Source of the DNA: Octopus sinensis
Taxonomy: Eukaryota
Length of the DNA: 64,000 bases
NCBI RefSeq assembly: GCF_006345805.1
Contig: NC_043002.1
Location: 36,146,001-36,210,000 of the forward strand
Reading direction: 5' to 3'
Shown here piece after piece: positions 51,636 to 64,000 of this stretch. The notes under the pieces are model-generated. The model made no database searches and was not told the DNA's origin. It saw only the letters and a list, made by a program, of their open reading frames with translations. Both the position numbers and the translations under genes were made by a program. Numbering within the stretch: position 1 is the first letter of the stretch; each line of letters starts with the position of its first letter.

Positions 51636-51737
51636 ATATTATATATTGTAAAATTTGATTTAAAATTGTTAAATTGAATTTTTCCCTGTAAGTCTTGGAA
51701 TTATATTCCCTACTATTATTATTATTATCTATCTATC

Positions 51738-51770
<33 letters not shown>

Positions 51771-51774
51771 TATA

Positions 51775-51815
<41 letters not shown>

Positions 51816-54800
51816 TACACGCACACACACACACACACATTTAGGTGTGTGTGTGGGTGCATTATATGTGCGTGCATGTGTGTGTATATAGGTAGGTGTT
51901 CAGATGGGCAAGCAGGCAGGCAAGTATGTTGGAAGAGACATATGACAGTCTTCTTTCAGCTTCTATTTTCCAAATTCACAAAGCTTTGGTTGACCTGGGA
52001 CTAAAATAGAAGATACTTGTCTAAAGTATCACACAGTGGGACTGAATGCAAAACTACATGGTTGGAAAACAAACTTCTCAACCACATAGCTATATAACTC
52101 AATGCAGTATTTTATTGTATTTCTGTGGAAAGACCGATAACGTTGATTACTCATAGATATATACCTCCAATTACTTATGCATGGTCAAACATAGCATTAT
52201 CTATAAAACAACAATAAGTTTTTATCCTTTCAAAATAATTGCCTTTATTGAGAGTATAAACTAAGAATGTTTATGCAACCTATAAACTACTGTCCTAAAG
52301 AAGTCCGTCTATGCTATTCTTTGCATATGAATTAGGTTTGATATTCCTCTATTCCATTAAAGTCATACTTGCTATTCTCATATTCCATTTTTTTTACACA
52401 GTTAATTTTGTTTGTTAACATCTTTTAAAACTTAGAAGCAAAATATGATGATTGATTAATTGGTTTTATAGGACTACGATTCAATGAATGTTGAAGCTAT
52501 TTCACCAGAGTGTCAACACTGCTATAGCCTGAATTAACATTTTGTGCAGGTGTCTGACTTTGTAGAACTAATCAACCCACCCAATGTAGGAGAAAAAATG
52601 TAAGGAAAATTGTTTAGTTATTCTAAATCCTCATAGAAATGAAAGCATTACTAATTAAAATAACAAGTGAAAGCTGGCTTATAAGTCCATGGATTAATTA
52701 AGTAGTCAATTTGAAACTAATTATGCATCTAAGCAATATGTTACCAACAGACAACAAAGGATTATACTATTATTTTCAGAGAAATAAAAAATCCAGTTAA
52801 TTAAAACATCATCATACAAAATGTTTGAAATGTCTGGGGACTTTTTGCCCTGACTGTCAACATTTAGTAGGGTTAAATAAATTTGTATAGGTTAACTCAG
52901 TTATTAGTACTGAGAATAAATATTATGCTAATATAACTGATGACATAATTTCATATAAATTTAATCAATTTATATATTTAAAATGATAAACGCTTACATA
53001 TATGGCTTTATCAAGATGTAGCAAAATCTATACAATCAAAGCAAATTTTATAGTTCTAATCTCTAGTTAGAACTATTTTACTTCACTCATATCCCTGAAA
53101 AAGACATGAATATCACAGCTTCTCAACTGCCTTCCCTAAAAGTATAGGAGTTGTTTCTAATAAAGAAAAACAATATATTTGAAAGAGTGAACAATTAAAA
53201 TAACTATATAAGAGATAATTAAAATAAGTACACAGGGGCCAACTAAAATAAGAATATGAAGGAAAATTAAAATAGTGTATAGAGCCAATTAAAAAAATAT
53301 ATGAGTCAATTAAGTATACTGGGACCAATTATACTGCATATAGTATACATAGGCCAAATAAAATAATATACAAGAGACAATTGAAACAGTATGTAGAATC
53401 AATTAAAATAAGTAGATAGTATTTTTTCCCAATGATTTCAAATGATTTGCTCTAGAAGATCTTTGTCTATGGCCTTAACAAACCTTCCAAGACTGGTGAG
53501 AGTGATGTCTTGTCATCATTTTAAATCCCAGTTTTCCATGCTTGCATGGATCAGACAGAGTTTATTGAGGGAGATTTTCTTTGGTTGGATGCCTTTCCTG
53601 TTGCCAACCCTTTCCTGTTTCCAAGCAAGGTATTACTTCCCCATGGCTAGACATGTACTTGCAGAATACTGGAAATGAGTGATATTCATTTGTAACAGTT
53701 ATGCAATGTCAAGACAAGGGGGACACAAACATTCACACACATACAGACATACGTATATATGATGAGCTTTTTTCAGTTTCCATCAACTAAATCCACTTAC
53801 AAGGTTTTGATTAGCCTGAGGCTATAGTAGAAGACACTTGCCCAAAGTGCCACACAGCAATAATGAACCTGAAACCATGCAGATGGAAAGGAAACTTCTT
53901 AATCACACAGCCACACCTGTGCCTACAATGCAGTCATCTACAAATCAATGACTGCGGGGAAAACATATCTTATGATCTTATGAAGGAAGGATAAATGTAG
54001 CAATTAATGTAGGTGGGTAAGTAGACACAATATGGGTGATGAGAGGAGAAACAAGTGAATTGGATGAGCCTGGGCAAAGGTGACACAAGACAAACCATCT
54101 CCAAGAAACAGAGACCACTGTAGCAGGAATAAGAAGAATGAAGAGACAAGTAAATTTGTGAGACAATGGTTGAAGTGTATTGGTAAATGACAACATGTCA
54201 ATCAGTTGCCAGTGGCACATAAAAGCACCCACTACACTCTCGGAGTGGTTGGCATTAGGAAAGGCATTCAGCTATAAAAACTCTGCCAGATCAGATTGGA
54301 GCCTGGTTTAGCCATCTGGTTCACCAGTCCTCAGTCAAATCGTCCAACCTATGCCAGCATGGAAAGCAGATGTTAAATAATGATGATGATGATGATGATG
54401 GTCAATGATGTTTGCTTATATGGTGGTAACACTATCCCAGGTGTGAGAGTAATGATCTAGTTAAAATAAATATACAAAGCCTACTAAAGTTGTCAAAAGA
54501 TGGTTAATATATTAATAACAATTATTAAAGCTCAAACATATGAATAGATACAAAGCACAACTGAAAATATATTCAAAAGTTGTTAAAATTGTTACAACCA
54601 TTAGTAATAAAGTTAAATCTTCAAAATATATCCTCAAGCAAATCATCGTCAGCGTAACATACCCTTTTTTGCTTTCAAGGGTCGGATGGAAAGTATTGAA
54701 GCAGGTTTTCTATAGTAAGATGCCCTTCCTGTCTAATCCTAACTTGTTTCAAAGCAAGGTAATACTTTCCCATAGCCAGATATTCTTTCAGAGAATACTG

Positions 54801-54901
54801 AAAATGAATGACACTGCTTGCATAGCAGTAACACATATTTACAACAATCATATGTCAAGACAAGGAGACAAACATACACACACTCACACATACATACATA
54901 C

Positions 54902-56527
54902 AGTCGTCGTCGTCGTCGTTTAACGTCCGTTCTCCATGCTAGCATGGGTTGGACGGTTCGACCGGGGATTTGGGAAGCCAGAAGGCTGCATCAGGCTCCA
55001 GTCTTATCTGGCAATGTTTCTACAGCTGGATGCCCTTCCTAACGCCAACCACTCCGTGAGTGTAGTGGGTGCTTTTTACGTGCCACCTGCATAGGTGCCA
55101 GGCGAGGCTGGCATCGGCCACGGTCAGATTGGTGCATTTTACGTGCCACCGGCACAGAAGCCAGTCGAGGCGGCACTGGCTTCGGCCACGATTCAGATAG
55201 TGCTTTTTACATACCACCAGTCCAGGGGTCCTGGCATCTGCCGGGTGCCAGTCATAGGATTGGTTCAATTTCGATTCCGATTTCGATTTCGATTTCACTT
55301 GCCCCAACAGGTCTTCGCAAGCAAAGGGGGTTTGGCATGGGTGCCTGTCGTCGGATGAGGTTCGATATCGACTTCGCCTGCCTCAACAGGTCTTTGTGTG
55401 TCCAAGGGAGGAAAGGCATGCATAAGTGGGCTGGACTCACTTGTCCTGCCTGGTCTTCTCACGTACAGCATATTTCCAAAGGTCTCGGTTGCTGGTCATT
55501 TCCTCAGTGAGGCCTAAAGTTCGAAGGGCGTGCTTCACCACCTCGTCCCAGGTTTTCCTGGGTCTACCTCTTCCACAGGTTCCCTCAACTGCTAGGGATT
55601 AGCACTTTTTCACACCTATCTTCATCCATTCTCGCCACATGACGATACCAGCGCAATCGTCTCTCTTGCACACCACAACTGATGCTTCTTAGGTACAACA
55701 TTTCTCTCAAGGTACTAACACTCTGTCGAGTATGCACATTGACATTACACATCCATCGGAGCATACTGACTTTATTCCTCGCGAGCTTACGCATGTCCTC
55801 AGCAGTCACGGCCTATGTTTCACTGCCATGTAGCATGGTTGTTCGTACACATGCATCATACAGTCTGCTTTTTACTCTGAGCGAGAGGCCTTTTGTCACC
55901 AGCAGAGGTAAGAGCTCCCTAAACTTTGCCCAGGCTATTCTTACTCTAGCAGTTACACTTTCAACGCACCCACCCCCACTACTGACTTGGTCACCTAGAT
56001 AACCGAAGCTATCAACTACTTCTAGTTTTTCCCCCTGGAAAGTGACGGAAGTTGTTTTCTGCAGATTTTCAGAGTTTAATGCTCCCGAGCATCTGCCACA
56101 TACAAAAACTATCTTCCCAGATAGCCTTCCTTTGACATTGCTGCACCTCTTATGTGTCCATAGCTTACACTGGGTACATCTTATAGAGTTTCTACCTACA
56201 CCTTTTCTACAGATCGAGCAGGGCCATCTTCCTGAAGACATTTGTGGATTGTCTACCTTCCTACTTATTAGTACTTTGGTTTTAGCTAGGTTGACTCTAA
56301 GGCCCCTCGATTCTAAACCCTCCTTCCACACCTGGAACTTCTCCAGTTCTGATAATGACTCAGCAATTAGAGCAAGGTCGTCAGCATAGAGGAGCTCCCA
56401 GGGGCAACCTGTCTTGAATTCCTCCGTAATTGCCTGGAGGACTATGATAAATAGGAGGGGGCTGAGTACTGAACCCTGGTGGACCCCAACCTCTACTTTG
56501 AATTCTTCTGTGTACATGTTGTCAACC
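54902..56527 (-). mobile_element. Young 5'-truncated RTE LINE (RT, PHD-type finger, C-terminus, 3' UTR, (ACG)n tail)
   Basis: GVHQGSVLSPLLF, LYADDL, CSIC...CTQC...HKRC...CGRC, RRLRWYRHVARM; TAG at an expected Trp; many CpGs retained. Confidence 0.95.
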
Positions 56528-58439
56528 CTAACAAGCTGGCAGAATTGTTAGCACACCGAGCGAAATGCTTAGCAGTATTTTGTCTGTCTTTAGGTTTTGA
56601 GATCAAATTCAGCCGAGGTTGACTTTGCCTTTCATTCTTCCGGAGTCAATAAAATTAGTACCAGCTACATACTGGGGTTGATGTAATTGACTTAATCCCT
56701 TCCCCCAAAATTTGAAGCTTTGTGCTTCCAGTAGAAACGATTTATTAAAGTTGAAAAAGTATGACACACTGACATTCACATATATTAGATACGTTTAATT
56801 TTGGGGAAACTTTATTTCAATTTAAAGTGTATTTTATATATGTGTGTGTGTGCAAAATAAAAACAAAAATGATAGTGTTCAGTACGTTGGCAACAGGAAT
56901 TTCTGTCAAAGAGACATGGTTAAACAAAGTTATACATAATCTCCCTCTTTCTCTCTGTCTTCACCACCACCCTCACAGTCTCTATGCCTACTATTACTCT
57001 CACCCCATCATGAGGAATAGTAGGACTGTCATTGAATAGTGAGAGAGGGAGGTCTAAATGTGACACACAGAAATTAGTTTTCACATTTATTATATTAGAT
57101 ATATGTGTGTGTGTGTATGTGTGCGAATAAACAGCCGTAATAACCATGCCAAAACAGATCTAAAACTTGGTGCAGGCCTCTTAGATAGCTCCTGTCAAAC
57201 CGTCCAACCTATGTGAGCATTGAAAATGGACGTTAACAGATAATGATTACACACACACACACACAACAGGCTTCTTCAGTTTCCACCTAGCAAGTCCACT
57301 CGTAAGGCTTTGGTTTGCCTGACGCTGGAGTAGAGGACACTTGCCCAAGGTGCCAGACAGTAGGACAGAATCTGAAACTATATGGTAGGGAAGAAAGCTT
57401 CTTAACCACACAGCTATGCCTGCAACTATAAATCAAAAACAATTTTTCTTTTTACTGCTATATCAGTGAGAGAAGAGTTGCAATGTTGAACCTTTACATT
57501 TTTCCAAGGTTATCTAAACTTCTGGGAGGAAGTTATCCTTAAACTAAAGACCTGCTCTGAATGCTTGCAAGAGTAAACTCTGCTTAAGACACTCAAGGGT
57601 GGCCATGTGATGGCATTAAACCAGGCAATAGATTAATCAATGCATGATGCATAAGGGATTCAACATATGCACGACTAAGGAGATGAGAATATTGATTCTT
57701 TACATATTCACAAGGCAACAGGAAGAAATGAGATTGTAGGTCGCTCAAACCTTTCTCGGAAGGTTGCAGGGGTTTGTCTATGAGTTACATACATAAACAA
57801 ACATCACTAAGTGGTATCAAACCCAAGTGGAAACTAACAAACACATGTTTACTGGGTGTCACAATAAAATGCACCCAGCACACTCTATAAAAAGGTGTTA
57901 GGAAGTGCTTCCAACCTGAGAAGCCATGCCAAAAGAAAACATACCAGCAAGATGTATCCACTGATCATGCCTAGGAGAGCAATAACTCCAAATAAGAATT
58001 AATTCAGATTGTGGTAAGCCACCCAACTCATGCCAGTGTGAAAAGCAGAAGTGAAATGATGATATATATATATATAAACAATGGGCTTTCTGTCTACAAA
58101 GTTTCACTCACAAGATATTGGTCAATCTGAGGTTATGATACGAGGCACTTATCTAAGGTGACATACAGTGAGATCAAAACTAAAATCATGTGATTGCAAA
58201 ATGAACAGTCACATCTGTGCATTTAGAATGTAGAACATATTTAAATGGATCCTGAAGTTGAACATTCATTATATATAGCATCAATAAAGTAAAGGATAGA
58301 AAGGAAAAGTAGATACATTGAGAACCTGAAACCGAATGAACATTAAAACGCAGTGCATATAGTGAGCCACACAACTGGTATTCATCTCTAATATTAAAGA
58401 GATGGAATGAGCCACAAAGAAACAATTCTTAAAACATAC

Positions 58440-59856
58440 CGTCTAAGTGATGGAGAAAGTGTGAATTCAACACCGTTGCAGCAGTTTCTTGGTCACAAAG
58501 TCTCAGAACAGCCAAGCACCAGACAATTTCAAGCCACTGCATTGGATCATGTTCACGGAAAGTATGAAGACGAGGCATAAAATTAGGCAAAATGGCTGCC
58601 ATATCCTTATTGTCGTAGACTAAATGAGAAAAGCTAATAACAATTTGTGATATTTCTTTAGGGCCAAGGTGATCTTGGATAGCAAAAATCTTATTAAATA
58701 CAGCATCAAGTACTGGTGTATGATGCCAACGAAGTTTGGAAAAAGACGTCAAGATGGAGAATAGCAGAACATTACTCTCCAAATGGGGAACCTTTTTTTC
58801 CAAAGTGTTGGACATTTTATTCAGCAAATGGTTATCATAGATCTTGAGGCTGCAGCAAGCATAAAGGAGGTTGACCAGATGCATATTACTAAGCTTGAGG
58901 CAGCTTTTATTCAGATGATAAATCAAAGCACGTATCAATGGTGTGTTACGATGTTTACGTCGTGACAGCAGGTAAGTCACACGATACAACTCTTTCACTT
59001 CCATTTTCTCAACCAAATCAAAAGCCCTTGTTTCCACTTTAGAAAATAAGTGGTCACTGTTGTCATCTAAAATGTACATCAAGGTAATCAGATCTTTGGG
59101 ACAAGACAGCTCTACCCAACGCTTTTCAATAACACCCAGTGTCTCTGAGAGAAGTTTCTTCCGCAATGGTGTCTCTTGGTGTTGCTTGTGTATAGCAAGC
59201 GTTCTAATAAGACTTCCAATGGACATCTTCCATAGAAGCCATTGTACTTGTTTTTCTAAAGATTCTATCAGATAAATATCTTTGTTGCTCATCTGAAATA
59301 AAGCTTCCAGACATTGTAGCAAACTACTTGGGCTTAGGGCACGTACATTATTGTGCAGAGTGCTACTAACTTTGTCAAAACGATCATCTTTCAGAAGAAC
59401 ATCAAGATCAATTTGATGGTGTAGCAAATTATTCATCTTGGACAGAAACTGTGGTAGATCTTGAACAGTTAATGATCGTAAATGTACTTGATCTAGTAAT
59501 AATTCTATGTTATCAGTCTCGTTAAATTTCCCATACAGGTACAAATTGGCTGCAGCTTGTTTTGTCTTTCTGTTTGTATTGTTATAACTTTGGTGTCCAC
59601 TTTGGTAACTATTGTGGTTAACATTACTATTGGCAGTGTTACTGTGAGCAGCAGGCCGGAAACCAGTTTTAGATTTGAAAGCCTGCGTAGTATACCTATG
59701 TACTCCAGTATTATCAACCATTGGAAATTCTGGAGGAAACGGGTGCACTAGCAAACCTCCAGCTTTACAAACATCCGAAATCTGTTGCCGATGACACTGG
59801 TATGCAGTCCTGGCATATGCCTGGATGGCAGATGGCTGTCTCCACATAGTCAACAT
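58440..59856 (-). CDS. TBRG4: TBRG4/FASTKD4-like, large first coding exon (putative mitochondrial presequence, helical repeats, FAST region)
   Basis: Long ORF; acceptor cttttccAG before 59871, first ATG at 59856 (MLTMWRQPSAIQAYARTAY, R/S/A-rich); WLEIVWCLAVL...TVLNSHFLHHL resembles the FASTK FAST region; donor G|GTATGT. The start codon is inferred. Confidence 0.88.
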
Positions 59857-60001
59857 AGAAAATAGTTGAAACTGGAAAAGAAAAAAGATCTTTGCACAAT
59901 CTATTTGATAAAATACAATTACAAAAACAAATATAAAAAGATTAATTAATTTTAGCATGAAGGTTTATTTGAATTAATTAAGAACAAAATTAAAATATTA
60001 A

Positions 60002-60221
60002 CCCTTTAGCATTCAGATTACTCTATCAAATGTAATGCTTATTCATTCACATTGTTTTGAATGAATCATGCATTATCTTGTAGCTTCAATATTTCAATGA
60101 TGTGATAATTTATTTTTAGACTGACATTGTAAGGTAGGTGCAAGATGCTGGATCTGGCCAGTTTCAACATAAAATAGCTAGAATATTTGGGCTGGATATT
60201 GTCAGTTTAAATGCTGAAAGG
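60002..60221. mobile_element. piggyBac-like MITE, second family
   Basis: TTAA|CCCTTTAGCATT...AATGCTGAAAGG|TTAA; a partial right end recurs near 60440-60525. Confidence 0.7.
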
Positions 60222-61469
60222 TTAATGCGCATACTATATCCTAATACAAAAATGATAAAAATAACACAAGGAGTACACCATAAGTGACACATTAGCGTCA
60301 CAACTAAATCTCTTTATATAATAAATTATCCAAACTGTACATTTAACAAAGTTACCATGATGTGCTTACTCCCAACAATCACATGGTAAACAAGCTTCTG
60401 ACTCTTGCAACACACTCACACATCATTATAGGGTATTTATGAAAGGCCAGATCTGACTGGTTTAAACATAAAACACATAGAATATTTGGGCTGGATATGG
60501 CTAGTTAAAAGGCTAAAGGGTTAAACACTACTGGAAAATGTGCACTCTTAGATCATCACATTGCTTCATATATATACCCTGAAAATAGATTTTTCCATTT
60601 GATTGAGTCAGGAATGAAAACCTGAATGAACTCCCATTCAAAATTAGTTGGGCTTTCAATATAAAACTTCAACATATTAATCAAAAGAAAAAGGTTTTAT
60701 GTTCACATTTATCTCGAAAGATGTTTGCCAAAATAACTAATCTGAACATAACATAATGTTTAGTTTATAGTAAATAAATATAAGTGTGGGAGGTTTGAAA
60801 AACATACTTTATTGTTGAATAGCTCCAGTCCACTCTGCTTCAGCAGACTATAGCAGAAAGGTGGGGGATCATTACTGTACAACATACTATCTATATGATG
60901 GATGAGTAAAAGATGTACAACTTTGGTAATGAATATAAAGGACTGACAATAAATGGAGAGGAATGAACTGAGTACAACAGCTCATGGAATAAGGTTATTA
61001 ATTTATGAGGAAACTGTTATAGCCCAACTCTCTCATCATCTTGAGGAACCCCATCAGGTTTGTATATACTCCATGCAATCTAACTATACACCCCACTAAT
61101 CATTTGGTATCAACATCCATCATTCACTCTTGCTATTTGTCATCAACTTCTTGCCATCCATCACTCTTTCATTCATATCCTCTTTAATGCATTGATTATA
61201 CTCTGATAAGTATAAACTTGGGAGGATCCTTTAGTCTTGTCAAAAACATAATAAGTACCCTAGTGCAGGTACCATGAAAAAAATGTACTCCAAACACTCT
61301 GATCTTAAGAAGGGCATCCAGCTGTAGAAATCAAACCAAAGATAAAACTTATGAGCAAGATGTCGTTCCACAATCCATCTAGGAGAATAGCAAGGATAAA
61401 GGAGATACCTTAGAGAAGAGTAATTCAGAGGTATCAACTGCTGGTCCAGGGCTTAGGTTAATGAAAGAG

Positions 61470-62660
61470 TTACCAAGGATAAGTAGGTGAGAAGTAGTTC
61501 AGTTTTGGGCTAGAGAGAAGTGCCACTAATGTTCTCTTCCTAGTAAGGCAACTGCACAAGAAGTATTTAGCCAAAAATAAACCAGTGTATTTGGCTTTCA
61601 TCAACCTGAAGAAAGCCTTCAACAGGGTGCCTCATTCCCAAATCTGGTGGTTGTTATGAAAGCTAGGAGTATGAATGGCTGGTGAGAGCCATCCAAACTA
61701 TGCACAAGTCTGATGGTAGTAAGGTGAGAGTTAAAAATGAGTAGTGGAAAATTTGGTGAGCAGGTAGAAGTTTACCAGGGTTTGGCTCTCAATCCCGTCT
61801 ATATATCATAGCCCTCCAGACTATAGTAGAGGAGTTTAAGACTAGTTACCCATGAGAGCTTTTATGCTGTTGAACTTGTTTTTATAGTTAAAGCTGTAGC
61901 AAATTCCAGGTGAGGAAGCAATTTCTGGAATTAAAAGGTTTTAAAGTTGACTTAGAAAAGACTAAAGCCCTAGTAAACAGGAAAACAGATGGTACACTTA
62001 TCCTTTCAGGAAAATGGCCCAGTTTGAAATATAGAAATGGTGTAGATAATAATTTCATATGGTGTATCCAATGTAAACATTAAGAAGACACAAAAACCAG
62101 ATTTTTCTCAAATGCCTATGAGGATCCTTAGAGGTATTAGGCAATTTATGTTATTTAGGTGACAATTAGCAGTGAAGGAGGGTGTTCTGAAAGTGTAGTT
62201 GCTAAGATACGAACTGGCCAGAGAAAGTTCAGAGCAGTTACCTCTGTTGGTAACAAAAGCCTCTCTCTCAGAATGTAAGGCAGATTGTATGATGAATTAT
62301 AAACAGCAATGCCATATGGTAGTGAAGTGTGAGCCGTGAGTGTAGAAGACAGGCAAAAAAACCTAAAAAAACTAAATAGAAATAAAGCTAGCATGCTCTA
62401 CTGGATGTGCAGTGCCAGTGTGCATGTACAACAGTGCAAAACATGTTAAGGAAAATGTCATCAGATGTAGTATGCTACAGAGAAGACTACACTAATATGG
62501 TCATATGATACGTATGTATAAAGAAGTGCTGATCACTAAATGTAGAAAGAATTCGTGGAAGAGGGAGACCCAGGAAGATGTAGAATCTGACCTCAGGTTG
62601 TTGAGGCTCATGAAGGAAATGACAACGACCAAAATGAAAGGTGGTTTGTTGTGCTCCCAA
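61470..62660 (+). mobile_element. Degenerate RTE LINE RT/C-terminal fragment
   Basis: Similar to the 54902-56527 family; multiple stops. Confidence 0.8.
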
Positions 62661-63173
62661 AAGCATATTGTTAATGTCTACGCCCCCACACTTAATCTGT
62701 ACCTGTCAGGACTTCCCAGAAACACAGCTTTGAAATTTCCATCCCTCCCTCACATATATAACTAGAACGCTATTTCTTAGCTACTGTAATTATATGAGAA
62801 CAGAACTGCTCATATTTCTCTCGACTTTTTATTTGACCAGGTAAAAATAACATTCAAATTCCCTACATTGACACTCTATCATCTTAGAAAATGACACTTT
62901 GGTTAATGTAGCCTTAAATTCCCTGAATATGAGAGGACGACAAAACGTTTATGGCTGGAATAGTTTTGATCATAAATCTGCTCAATAAGCTCCTACTTGG
63001 GGCTAAACAACAATAATTAAAATAAAATTAACATTTGATATGAAGATTATCTAAACACTTCACCTGCTAGTTTGTGCTACTAAATGTCAGCAAGTTCTCA
63101 TGAAAAAAGCAAGGCTTCTCAGAAACGAAACGCTACTATGTAATTAAGGATCTAAAATTGTAAACTTGCCCCT

Positions 63174-63314
63174 GCCAATTGGCGCATAACAGCATATAAC
63201 TGAGGCCTCTCTCCAACATAAAAAAAAAAAGATATGAGGTCCATTGCGCACATCATGTTTAGTCTGCCACATTTCTTTGAAACCTTTACTCTACCTGTGT
63301 TTAAAACCCGCCCC
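63174..63314. promoter_or_regulatory. Possible promoter elements upstream of TBRG4 (palindromic CCAAT box, GC box)
   Basis: GCCAATTGGC at 63174-63183 and CCCGCCCC at 63307-63314; CpG more frequent at 63100-63960. No TSS evidence. Confidence 0.25.
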
Positions 63315-64000
63315 TTTCACTAACTATTTGAACGATATCTAGCTTTTCCTATCCAGACAAAGAGAGACTTGGAAACTCAATGGACACTGATCTTCTTTTA
63401 ACTATGGAATAAACAAAACTGTACAAAAATACATTAACTTATTTTAATCATAAACCTAAACATCATCAAAGGAGGACGTACACCTCATCGCTAGGTGGGA
63501 GCAGGTGATGGAAAGCAACAAGGAAAAAAATCCTGCAATAGCTGATGGTTATTTTTTTAGATGTGCTTGATATATATATATTTACTTCCCAATAATCAGT
63601 AAAAAAAAATATCCCGAGTAAGTTATCAGCTTTCAGTTAAAACGTTAGAATTCGTCGATACTTTCGTAATATATTCGATTAAATATATTCATATGACCTT
63701 TAGTTTCTTCCCCTTTCGAAAGTGTCAAGTTTATCTCTTGTTGAACATGTGAAATGACGTAGTGCTGCAGAAAGTCAGCGACAGGATTTCGAATAAGAAA
63801 AGAGACTTGTTCAAGTGTTTTCATGACAAAAGGACAGTATTCTAATACTGATAATTAACAAATAAAATCCAAATAGCTAACTTGAAACTAGCCTAATCTA
63901 AAAACTTGAAGCTATGCAGTTTTACTGAATGACAAGAGGTCACGTAAAACGATATGTGACATGGAATATGAATGGATTTTAAACAAAGATAATTCAAAAC

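Noticed and set aside
52480-52580. Short H/ACA-like fold (ACAAAA H box, ACA 14 nt from the upper stem)
   Set aside because: First hairpin too short, spacing wrong, ACA likely sequestered; expected by chance in AT-rich DNA.
59859-59958. N-terminal hydrophobic extension MLKLINLFIFVFVIVFY... of the 509-aa ORF as a signal peptide
   Set aside because: It is the intron polypyrimidine tract upstream of the acceptor at 59872-59873 (plus a few 5' exon bases) and starts inside AT-rich sequence.
63095-63140. CTCATGA...GAAACG as a hammerhead
   Set aside because: Core mismatched and no convincing stems I or II.

Overview
AT-rich, repeat-dense animal genomic DNA, most likely a coleoid cephalopod (Octopus). 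That assignment is my inference from the SINE/LINE repertoire, not a database result. Two spliced genes can be reconstructed by hand, lying tail-to-tail. (1) A + strand gene (CDS 7090-24621, 6 exons, about 793 aa) encodes a secreted protein: signal peptide, four MIDAS-intact VWA domains, an 11-codon Pro/Thr linker micro-exon, and no collagen helix. (2) A - strand TBRG4/FASTKD4 orthologue (CDS 59856-40297, 6 coding exons, about 652 aa) has FAST and RAP domains. The rest is mostly decayed transposons: RTE LINEs with a PHD-type finger next to the RT, an R4/Dong-type RLE LINE, L2/CR1-like pieces, a Gypsy LTR fragment, several Tc1/mariner copies, piggyBac-like MITEs, tRNA-SINEs and microsatellites. 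The most notable non-coding signal is a set of minimal type-I hammerhead ribozyme motifs. One near-intact motif sits at the 3' end of a Penelope-like element (27205-27255). Four more variant, eroded or broken motifs lie in short microsatellite-associated repeats, one with a non-canonical CCGACGA core. TBRG4 introns also carry long fold-back structures that are candidate ADAR substrates. Most short ORFs in the supplied track are microsatellite or antisense artefacts. Repeat boundaries are approximate unless TIR/TSD evidence is given.
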